A stretch of DNA of 64,000 bases from Calditrichia bacterium. Lineage in GTDB: Bacteria; Calditrichota; Calditrichia; JAJRVZ01. The notes under the pieces were generated by a model. It searched no databases. It had not been told where the DNA came from and worked only from the letters and a program-made list of their open reading frames with translations. The position numbers and the translations under genes were made by a program. Shown here piece by piece: positions 55,149-64,000 of this stretch. Every line of letters starts with the position of its first letter. Position 1 is the first letter of the stretch. The stretch spans positions 290,673-354,672 of the forward strand of contig CAWCNS010000016.1 in assembly GCA_963796965.1 (NCBI GenBank), written 5' to 3'.

Positions 55149-55517
55149 ATGAAATGGAAAGGCTGGATAAATGTCGTATTGGGGCTGTGGTTATTCACTT
55201 CAGTGTTTCTTGGCTTGGGCTCAGCTATCTGTACCTTGAATAATATCAGTATTGGCATTATTGTTCTAATGGTAAATTTTAGCATTGTTCATAATAAATT
55301 CTGGTTTGTATGGATCACGAATATCATTGCTTTATGGCTGATCTTTTCTGCTTTTAACCCGGATTTGGTGCGCGGGATAGGTCTTTACTTTAATAATATT
55401 TTTGTCGGTATGATTTTCCTTATCACAGGATTTGTCATCCTGGCACATGCTGATAGGTTAATTCAACATTCCAGATTAAATAAATATTACAACTACCTTA
55501 ATTATGGTAAAGAATAA
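55149..55517 (+). CDS. Hypothetical small membrane protein
   Basis: 122-aa ORF with about 4 predicted TM helices; no assigned family. Confidence 0.45.
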   Translation: MKWKGWINVVLGLWLFTSVFLGLGSAICTLNNISIGIIVLMVNFSIVHNKFWFVWITNIIALWLIFSAFNPDLVRGIGLYFNNIFVGMIFLITGFVILAHADRLIQHSRLNKYYNYLNYGKE

Positions 55518-55561
55518 AGTGAGGCTGCCGGGAAAAATATCTTCTTGAAGGAATAAAAAAT

Positions 55562-56533
55562 ATGAAAGAATTATCATTTGCTATTTCGAAAAGGCCTGAA
55601 ACGACTGAATTAGAAAAAGACTATGATCTCATTGTCCTTGGTGGTGGACCTGCTGGTTTAACCGCTGCCATTTACGCAGCACGGGCACAAATGAAAATAT
55701 TATTGCTTGAGAAGGAAGCCATTGGCGGTGAGGCAGCCAGTACTGATTTAATTGAGAACTATCCCGGATTTCCCGAAGGGGTCAGCGGATTCGAGCTGGC
55801 AGATCGTATGCGCCGGCAGGCGGAGCGGTTTGGAACTCAAATCTATTATGCACCTCCAGGCGAAATAAATTTAAAAAGTCAGCCTAAAACCATCACTTTG
55901 GAAGGGAAAACACTTAATACAAAAACAGTTATTATCGCTTCCGGCACCTCACCAAAGACCTTAAATATTCCCGGGGAAGCAAAGTTTAAAGGACATGGTG
56001 TTTCATATTGCGCAACCTGTGATGGTCCCATTTTTTCTGGCAAAGATATCGCCATTATCGGAGCCGGTAATTCTGGTTTGCAGGAAGGGCTGTTTATTTT
56101 GAAATTCGTAAAATCACTGGCCATGGTGGAATATTTGCCTACCATTCAAGCGGAGAAAATTCTTGAAGAGCGCATACGTGCACATGAAAATGTTAATTGG
56201 CTGCTCAATCATCAAATCACTTCCATAAATGGTGAAAAATGGGTTAACTCTATTACCGTGAAAGATCGAGAAACTGAAAAAGACAAAGAAATTCCTGTGG
56301 AAGGTGTGTTTATATATATAGGTCTAAATCCCAACACTGAATATATTGATGGACAGGTGGCCTTAGACAAGTGGGGATATATTATCACTGATCAGAAGAT
56401 GCAAACTTCTTTACCCGGAGTATTTGCTGCCGGTGATATTCGTGAAACTGAAATACGTCAGGTAGCTACCGCTATCGGTGATGGCGCCGTGGCCGCAAAC
56501 TCGGTACAACATTTTATTGAAAGATATTTTTGA
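55562..56533 (+). CDS. trxB: Thioredoxin-disulfide reductase
   Basis: FAD motif LGGGPAGLTAA, redox-active CATCDG, NADPH motif GAGNSG; 323 aa. Confidence 0.9.
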   Translation: MKELSFAISKRPETTELEKDYDLIVLGGGPAGLTAAIYAARAQMKILLLEKEAIGGEAASTDLIENYPGFPEGVSGFELADRMRRQAERFGTQIYYAPPGEINLKSQPKTITLEGKTLNTKTVIIASGTSPKTLNIPGEAKFKGHGVSYCATCDGPIFSGKDIAIIGAGNSGLQEGLFILKFVKSLAMVEYLPTIQAEKILEERIRAHENVNWLLNHQITSINGEKWVNSITVKDRETEKDKEIPVEGVFIYIGLNPNTEYIDGQVALDKWGYIITDQKMQTSLPGVFAAGDIRETEIRQVATAIGDGAVAANSVQHFIERYF

Positions 56534-56621
56534 GATCACTGATGATACGAAAAAAAATCTCTATCGAGGATCTTGTAATGAAGTTACCTGAGTCAATAAG
56601 TTAATTAAAGGAGGAATTAAT

Positions 56622-57271
56622 ATGGCTTTTATTCAGGAAAATGATCGGATTGAGATTCAAAATAAATTCGCTACAATGCAGCAACCGGTAAAAATCATAA
56701 ATTTTACTCAGGAAATAGAATGCACTTATTGTAGGGAGACTCGTCAGTTAATGGAGGAAGTTGCCGCTCTGTCAGATAAAATAAGCCTTGAGGTCTACAA
56801 TTTCATTATTGACAAAGAACAAGCCAACAAATATCAGATTGACAAAATACCGGCTACAATAATTATGGGGGAAATGGATTATGGCATTCGATTTTATGGT
56901 ATTCCCTCCGGGTATGAGTTTAGCACTTTGCTTGAAGATATTGTTATGGTATCTAAAAAAGACTCCGGGCTGGCTGATGATTCCAAGAAAATACTTTCAG
57001 AGATTCCTAAGCCCTTGAATTTACAGATCTTTGTTACGCCGACCTGTCCATATTGTCCTGCAGCGGTATATTTGGCGCATCAGCTTGCTTTTGAGAGCGA
57101 CCTGATTCGTGGAGAAATGATCGAGGCGACTGAATTTCCCCATTTATCACATCAAGTATAATGTCGGGAGCGGTACCGAAAGTGGTAATAAATGATACTG
57201 TCGAATTTGAAGGTGCCCTTCCTGAAAAGCAATATTTAGATAAGGTAATAGAAGCCACGAATAAGATATAA
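56622..57271 (+). CDS. Glutaredoxin-like protein-disulfide oxidoreductase (two thioredoxin-fold units, CTYC and CPYC), frame broken near 57150-57160
   Basis: Paralogous to the intact gene at 60805-61443; the C-terminal segment ...MSGAVPKVVINDTVEFEGALPEKQYLDKVIEATNKI is in a different frame and ends at the TAA at 57269-57271. Confidence 0.7.
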
Positions 57272-57436
57272 ACAATGGATTTGATTCGGTGAATAAAGTT
57301 ATTAAGCGAATCAAATTTATTTTACAGCGAGTATTTTTAATCTACAAATAAATTGTGAATTGGTGAAAAGGATAATTTAGATCAAATAGTGAGTTTTAAC
57401 ATTAGTAGATAAAGTTGCATGGGTGAAATTAATCTG

Positions 57437-59264
57437 ATGGAAACAAAATATTTTAAAAATAAGGAAGACTTAACTATTGCCATTATAGGCAGTGGTGGTG
57501 AGGGGTCATCTCTGCTGGTGAAATTTTACTTCGCGCCGGTTCTCAAAATGGTTTATATGGAATGATGTTAAAGAGCTATGGACCGCAAATTCGTGGTGGT
57601 GAAACTATGGCCCAAATTCGAATGAAAAATTCACTGGTTTTATCACAAGGTGATCTAATCGATGCGTTAATTATTCTAAATTGGGATCATTACTATCGCT
57701 TTGAGGAGGAGATATCTCTAGATGACAGGACAGTAATCTTTCATGATAACATTGAAATGCTTCCCCCAGACTTGTCATTTCCCCAAAAGATTCAATTTTT
57801 AGGGGTGCCGTTTACTGAAATTGCAAAAAAAACGTCAGGTACATCGAAATCCAAAAATCTTGTCGCACTTGGTTTTCTATCAGGTTGGTTTGGGTTGGGA
57901 AAAAAGGTTTTGAACGCGAGATTCAGCGACAATTTACCGGAAAAAACAAGGACATAATTTATGGTAACTTAAAATCTTTCAAAAAAGGGCTAGAATTGGC
58001 TGAAAGCAACAAAGCCGCAACACCTTTTGATTGGTCAAGTAAGAACCACAATCCAAAAATGATTTTAACCGGCAATGAGGCGATATCTTTAGGGTCTTTA
58101 TTTCGCTGGGGTGCAATTCTATGCTGGTTATCCTATTACGCCTGCCAGTGAAATTATGGAGTGGATGGCAAATGAGCTGCCAAAGTTTGAAGATATTTTC
58201 ATACAGACAGAAGATGAAATTACGGCAATTACAATGGCCATCGGAGCTTCATTTGCCGGAGCTAAATCAATGACTGCCACCTCTGGTCCAGGACTGTCTC
58301 TTATGACAGAAGCCATTGGTCTGGCTGCTATGGCAGAATTACCTGTTGTTATTGTGGATGTACAACGAGTAGGACCGAGTACCGGAATTCCAACAAAAAC
58401 AACCCAGGCAGACCTCTTTCATGCTGTTTTTGGCGGTCACGGCGATTATCCGCGCGTAGTTTTAGCCCCCGTAAACGTAGCCGATGCGATTACTATTGCT
58501 GTACATGCCTTTTATCTATCGGAAAAATATCAATTACCTGTGATTATACTAAGTGACCAATTTATAGGCCAACGTCTTGAGATTATTCCCCAGGTTGATT
58601 TTAAAGCAATGCAATCAATGGTTATAAATCGATCTCTTCCTTCAATCGAAGAATTACATAACTATAGCAGGTATAAAATGACTCCAAACGGTGTTTCACC
58701 GCTATCGAAACCAGGAATTAAAAACGGTATGTATACTGCATATGGCATTGAACACGATGAATTGAGTTTGCCAACATCTTCCTCTAATATCCAGAAACGG
58801 ATGAACAGGAAACGTTTGAAGAAAAATCAGACAATTTTGCAGCAGGAATCCGACATATTACTTCGTCTCGGTAATATGAATCCCAGGATTGGTATCCTTA
58901 GCCTGGGGATCTACCACAGGTGCTATTCAAGAAGCTGATTTCTTCACTCCTGGAAGATGATTATAACATCGGTACTATCGTACCACGCCAATTGAAACCA
59001 TTACCTACCAATCAAATTCAGTCATGGGTGAACCACTTAGAAGAATTGATTATTTTTGAGTTATCCGAGGGACAATTTTATACCTATTTAAAGAGTGAAA
59101 TAATATTGCCCAGAAAAACAGGTCTATTTGCTCGTCCGGGAGTGAACCCATTTACAGTGAATGAAATAATAAAGGCAATTATAGAAAGTAAATTAAAATG
59201 GAAATCTATTCAACAAAAGATTACAAAGCAATTTAAAACCGGTATGGTGCCCTGGTTGTGGTGA
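57437..59264 (+). pseudogene. korA: 2-oxoacid:ferredoxin oxidoreductase alpha subunit (KorA-like, gamma-alpha fusion), at least 4 frame disruptions
   Basis: ATG at 57437; IAIIGSGGEG then, after restoring one G at about 57514-57518, VISAGEILLRAGSQNGLYGMMLKSYGPQIRGGE; further pieces 57885-58151, 58111-58938 (YAGYPITPASEI, TSGPGLSLM) and 58920-59264. Confidence 0.7.
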
Positions 59265-60053
59265 TTATGCAATTTTAAATTCACTGTACCAGGCATTAGC
59301 CAAATTCAGCTACCACCAGAGGAGATTGCAATCATATCCGGAATTGGATGTTCCAGCCGTTTGCCGGGATATGTAAAAACTTACGGATTTAATAGCATTC
59401 ATGGTCGGGCATTACCTGTGGCTCAAGGTGTAAAATTAGCCCATCCGCAAACAACTGTAATTGCGGTTGCCGGTGACGGTGACGCTTTTAGCATTGGTGG
59501 TGATCATTTACCACATACTGCCCGGCGCAATATTGATCTAACTTATATCATAATGGACAATGGCATTTACGGAATGACCAAAGGGCAAAGCTCTCCTACA
59601 ACTGAAGAAAGCCAAAAGACAAAAACCACCCCCTATGGGATTATGGAGGAACAAATTAATCCTATTAAAATAGCATTGAGTTATGGAGTTTCTTTTATAG
59701 CTCGCGGATTTTCGGGAAATGTTAAGCAGATCGTTGATCTTATTATTCAAGGGATAAATCATCCGGGATTTTCGTTCATCCAAATATTAAGCCCATGTGT
59801 AACATTTATGGGGAAAGAACAATACGATATAATTCGCTCTCTGTCCAATGATCTTGGACAAGATTATGATGAAACCTCAGTTGAGGATGCATGGAATATT
59901 AGTAATGAAGTAGATATGATTTCCATGGGAGTGATCTACCGGGTAAAAAAACCCATTTATTGTGAGCGGTTGCATAATGTAGAAAAAATGGCTAGGACAC
60001 CGGGAAATATTAATTTTGATTCTCTTTTGAAGCGATATTTGGTTGCCTCATGA
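59199..60053 (+). pseudogene. korB: 2-oxoacid:ferredoxin oxidoreductase beta subunit (KorB-like, TPP-binding), 2 frame disruptions near 59232 and 59305
   Basis: MEIYSTKDYKAI (frame A), VWCPGCGDYAILNSLYQALAKFSY (frame B), EEIAIISGIGCSSRLPGYVKTYGFNSIHGRALP ... GDGD ... (frame C, 59361-60053). Confidence 0.65.
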
Positions 60054-60103
60054 ATAGATTTTAATTAGTCAGGGGTAAAAGTAAATATAAAGAAAGATAT
60101 AAT

Positions 60104-60739
60104 ATGCCTAAAACAAAGCCTTTTGATAAATATTGGAAAGAATATGAGGGGTGGTTCGCTGAACATCATCATGTCTATCTAACCGAAGTTGACGCAATTC
60201 ATCATTTTATTCCCAGGGATAGAAAAGGAATAGAAATTGGAATAGGAACGGGTAGATTTGCTATGCCATTTGGTATTAAAGAAGGCATAGAACCGTCCCA
60301 CGCAATGAAAAAGTTTGCAGAACGAAAAGGTTTAAAAGTTTACGATGGTGTGGCTGAAGAGTTACCGCTTTCAGACCACTCCTATGATTTTGCATTGATG
60401 GTAACCACTATTTGTTTTGTTGATGATATGCTAAAATCCTTCCTGGAAGTTAATAGAATTCTAAAAAGGGAAGGAATCTTTATTATTGGGTTGGTAGATA
60501 AAAATAGCCCATTGGGTAAAGAATACGAGAAGATAAAAGACCAGAATAAATTTTACAGAGAAGCTTTGTTTTATTCAACGGACGAAGTCCTTGATTACTT
60601 GAGAAAGGCACGATTTAAAATAGTTAAAATCATCCAGACTGTTTTTGGCACATTGAATACGGTTTCAGAGATTCAGCCATTTATAGAGGGGTATGGCGAG
60701 GGTGGTTTCGTGATAATTAAGGCAAAAAAACTTGTTTAA
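60104..60739 (+). CDS. Class I SAM-dependent methyltransferase
   Basis: Motif I IEIGIGTGRFA and post-I acidic residue; 211 aa. Confidence 0.75.
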   Translation: MPKTKPFDKYWKEYEGWFAEHHHVYLTEVDAIHHFIPRDRKGIEIGIGTGRFAMPFGIKEGIEPSHAMKKFAERKGLKVYDGVAEELPLSDHSYDFALMVTTICFVDDMLKSFLEVNRILKREGIFIIGLVDKNSPLGKEYEKIKDQNKFYREALFYSTDEVLDYLRKARFKIVKIIQTVFGTLNTVSEIQPFIEGYGEGGFVIIKAKKLV

Positions 60740-60804
60740 AATAAAAATGTTATATGTACAATGCTACTATTTTAAACTTAGAGTAAGAGTGAAAGGAGTG
60801 CATC

Positions 60805-61443
60805 ATGTTTAAACCATATGGATTAGATTTAGAAGTCGTTGAAGCCAAGTTCAGTTCTTTGAAAAATGATGTGAAACTGTTATTTTTCACGCAGGAAACA
60901 AAGTGCCCGCATTGTAATAAAACCCGCAGATTACTGGAAAGTCTTGCCTCCATTACACAAAAGATAGAGTTTGTTGCTTATAACTTCGCAATAAATAAGG
61001 AAAAAGACAGTAAATATCACATTTTTACAGTACCGGCACTTGCGTTAATCGGCGAAAATGATTATGGCATACGCTACTATGGATATCCACAGGGAATGGA
61101 GTTAAATGATTTTCTTGATGACATTATTTATGTCTCTAAAGGGGAAAGCACACTTAAGCCGGGTGTGGTAATTAAATTGCTTCAACTTAAAAAGCCGATC
61201 CAATTAAAAATCTTCATCTCCCCGGGTTGTCTCTATTCCCTTCCGGTAGCCAAATTGGCCTTAAAACTGGCGATTGCTAGTGAGTTTATTAACGTGGATA
61301 TTATTCATGCAAACGAATTCCTGGAACTGGCGGAGAACTATAATGTGCGCGGCATTCCAATGACTGTGATTAATGAGAAGAAAAATATATACGGCGCATT
61401 AGATGAGGAAGAGTATATAAATCATATTCTGGAGCTTATTTAA
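60805..61443 (+). CDS. Glutaredoxin-like protein-disulfide oxidoreductase paralog (N-terminal CPHC; second site degenerate CLYS)
   Basis: Alignable by eye with the 56622 gene along its length; the first active site is intact (CPHC), the second reads SPGCLYSLP instead of CPYC. Confidence 0.7.
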   Translation: MFKPYGLDLEVVEAKFSSLKNDVKLLFFTQETKCPHCNKTRRLLESLASITQKIEFVAYNFAINKEKDSKYHIFTVPALALIGENDYGIRYYGYPQGMELNDFLDDIIYVSKGESTLKPGVVIKLLQLKKPIQLKIFISPGCLYSLPVAKLALKLAIASEFINVDIIHANEFLELAENYNVRGIPMTVINEKKNIYGALDEEEYINHILELI

Positions 61444-61851
61444 TATATAGTAAACATTATGAAAAATTGCCTCATGAATAGTTTTCTAACCTAATTAATA
61501 CCGAAAAAAATGTATTGTATAATAACCGGCTGTCTTAAGTATTCTTTTTTAACAAATATATTTTCTTTCTTGCGACAGTTCCTTCTCAACAGTTGCGATA
61601 TTGCAACAATTAACTAGATTACTCCTTCAATATCTAATTTCCCCTTTCTTCTAATCCAATAATTATCAATAAATTAGCTGCCCTGTTTTTATTCTGGCCT
61701 GTGAATTGCATTATTTCTAAATAAAAGGAAGAATTTCAGCTGATGAATTATAGAATTCTATCTTTCTTCTTTATTAAACGGTAAATGATAGGTAAAGATC
61801 GAAATGATGAGATTAAAACTGATATAAATTGCAACTAAGGAAATTCAGGTT

Positions 61852-62798
61852 ATGTTAACATTTGGCCCAGTACCATCCAGACGCCTAGGGCGCAGCATGG
61901 GAATTAATAACATTCCTCCAAAGATATGTACCTATTCATGTGTCTATTGTCAGGTGGGCAGCACGATAAAGATGCGCATCAAGCGACAGATTTTTTTTGA
62001 ACCGGAAGAGATATTACAGGAAGTAAAAAAGAAAATTGAAAAGGTACATGAAGTTGGGGAAAACATTGATTATTTAACCTTTGTTCCCGATGGTGAACCG
62101 ACATTGGATATAAATCTCGGTCGGGAAATAGATCTCCTGAAGCCCTTGGGTATCAAAATGGGGGTGATAACTAATGCTTCCCTCATTTGGCGCGAAGATG
62201 TCAGGAATGAATTAAATAAAAGCTCGATTGGGTTTCTTTAAAAGTTGACTCTATCAAAGAAGACGTTTGGCGCAGGATAAACCGTCCTCACAAATCTTTG
62301 CAATTACCTTTGATTCTTGAAGGAATGATTGAATTCGCGCGGGAATATCAGGGAAAATTGGTAACCGAGACAATGCTAGTCAAAGGATTGAATGACAGTG
62401 AAATTGAATGTAAACAGGTTAGCGATTTTTTAAATCAAATCAGTCCTTCCACTACTTACATATCAATTCCAACAAGACCACCTGCTGAAAACTGGGTACA
62501 ACCTCCAAGCGAGGAAGTGCTCAATCAGACCTATCAAATATTCAGTAAAATTCATGACCATGTCGAGTTTCTGGTTGGATATGAAGGTAATGAATTTACC
62601 TTAACCGGAGATGTGGCGGAAGATCTGTTGAATATTACCGCTGTTCACCCCATGCGTGAAGAGGCGGTGAAAGAATTTTTTTCAAAAGCAAAGGCAGATT
62701 GGTCTATTATTCAAAAATTAATAAATAAGAATCTGCTTATGGAATCGGAATACGATAGGAAAAAGTATTACATGCGCAGGCTTCATAGGAGAAATTAA
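61852..62798 (+). CDS. Radical SAM protein (CxxxCxxC, Fe-S oxidoreductase family), frame broken between about 62230 and 62300
   Basis: PVPSRRLGRSMGINNIPPKICTYSCVYCQ in 61852-62241; C-terminal half continues in the 62298-62798 frame. Confidence 0.65.
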
Positions 62799-62824
62799 TT
62801 TGATCTACGGAAGAATATTTTATA

Positions 62825-63625
62825 ATGATGACACTGCATACTCAGGTAAGTATAATGAATTTTGATCAAAAGAGAATCAATCCAGGGGGAAATAGCCTGG
62901 TCGATGTCAAACTCACTGTCATATATGATATCTATCCTGTGATGAGCAACCTGCAACCGGGACGCGGTTTTGCCTGTGTGGCAGAAGTTGGAGAAACTAC
63001 CGTGCTTTTCGATACAGGTAGTGATGGAGCTATTCTCTTAGCAAATATGAATAGGCTGGGAATAGAACCACGAAGCTATCCAATTGATCCTGATTTCACA
63101 TAATCGCTGTGGTCATATTGGTGGACTTGATGATTTTCTGATAGAGAATCCAAAAGTATCAGTATATGTGCCGCAATCGTTTCCAGATTTAGTAATTGAA
63201 AACATTGAAAAAACAGGAGCAAAAGTCAACCGAGTTGCTGCTGCTAAGGAACTTCGAGCAAATGTTTTCACTCTAGGTGAATTTGCTGGCATTTTTAAAG
63301 AGCAGGCTATGGCCTTGCGGACATCAAAAGGTATCGTGGTGGTAACCGGCTGTGCACATTCTGGAGTATCAAGATTTTGCATAAAGCAAAGACTTTTTTC
63401 CCAGATGAACCTCTTTATCTGTTTTTAGGTGGATTTCATTTTTCTGGTTTGAGTGACTCAGAGATATCAAATATTGTAAAAAACTTCCAAAAGCTTAAGG
63501 TCCAAAATGTTGCCCCCTGTCATTGTACTGATGAAGCAGGCCGGCTACTTTTTCAGAAGGCTTATGGTGAAAACTATATTGAAATGGGCGTGGGGGGTGA
63601 GATAAAAATTCCATTTACTAATTGA
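62825..63625 (+). pseudogene. MBL-fold metallo-hydrolase, split into three frames
   Basis: LFDTGSDG ... (62825-63103), ISHNRCGHIGGLDDF ... VVTGCAHSGV (63084-63428), C-terminal segment (63377-63625); shifts near 63085-63103 and 63377-63428. Confidence 0.6.
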
Positions 63626-63852
63626 AGGGCAATATAAAATGCGTCAAGAAACTTTTAATACAGGTAGGAGGTTCCGGAACAGACTATGGTAGGCAGGGAA
63701 AGGGACAGGCCGGATATGGAGGTACAAAACCAGGGATTGGTCCGGAAGGATATTGTGTCTGTTCATCATGTGGAGAAAAAATCCCTCATGAGAGAGGCGT
63801 TCCTTGCCAATCAATTAAATGTCATAAATGTAATACTCCCATAATGAGATAA
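63622..63852 (+). CDS. Small Gly/Cys-rich protein (DUF5320-like), start uncertain
   Basis: GGSGTDYGRQGKGQAGYGGTKPGIGPEGYCVCSSCGEKIPHERGVPCQSIKCHKC: glycine-rich N-part and a Cys cluster resembling small zinc-ribbon-like DUF5320 proteins. Confidence 0.4.
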   Translation: MKGNIKCVKKLLIQVGGSGTDYGRQGKGQAGYGGTKPGIGPEGYCVCSSCGEKIPHERGVPCQSIKCHKCNTPIMR

Positions 63853-63873
63853 AAATAACATATTGTAAAAAAA

Positions 63874-64000
63874 ATGAAAGGAGTGCAAGTTTTGGAAGAA
63901 AAAATTCTTGATTATGAAAATATGGAGTGGCAAGAGGCCATGGGATATCCCCCAGGGACGAAAATACAGGTCTTTAGGGAAGAGGAAGGAGCAAAGACAT
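63874..64000 (+). CDS. Hypothetical protein, N-terminal fragment (runs off the window end)
   Basis: Open frame MKGVQVLEEKILDYENMEWQEAMGYPPGTKIQVFREEEGAKT... preceded by AAAGGAG; function not assignable. Confidence 0.35.
   Translation, partial: MKGVQVLEEKILDYENMEWQEAMGYPPGTKIQVFREEEGAKT

Noticed and set aside
59199-59264. Apparent 66-bp overlap between the korA C-terminus and the korB N-terminus
   Set aside because: Probably an artefact of the multiple frame disruptions in this region rather than a real long overlap; the true korA stop is likely upstream.

Overview
AT-rich (by eye roughly 40% GC, not computed) bacterial chromosomal segment, gene content suggesting an anaerobe of the Bacteroidota/FCB type (T9SS-type C-terminal sorting domain, Y_Y_Y hybrid kinase, KorAB, RnfB-like ferredoxin). 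It contains the likely replication origin: dnaA on the minus strand with a DnaA-box cluster immediately upstream. Other landmarks are a tRNA-Lys / tmRNA / tRNA-Gly / tRNA-Cys / tRNA-Leu cluster embedded in a multi-copy composite intergenic repeat family, many housekeeping genes, a Cd/Zn-type P-type ATPase with ArsR regulator, and a thioredoxin/ferredoxin-centred redox cluster. The most unusual single gene is a 1063-aa protein fusing a PEP-synthase-type ATP-binding domain to a C-terminal nucleotidyltransferase domain. A major caveat: at least ~20 reading frames, including essential dnaA, are broken by apparent single-base indels, with density rising from none in the first 23 kb to more than 1 per kb after 51 kb. 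This looks more like assembly or sequencing error than biology but cannot be settled from sequence alone. No CRISPR array, integrase or transposase was found. All domain assignments are from motif recognition by eye; no database search was run.
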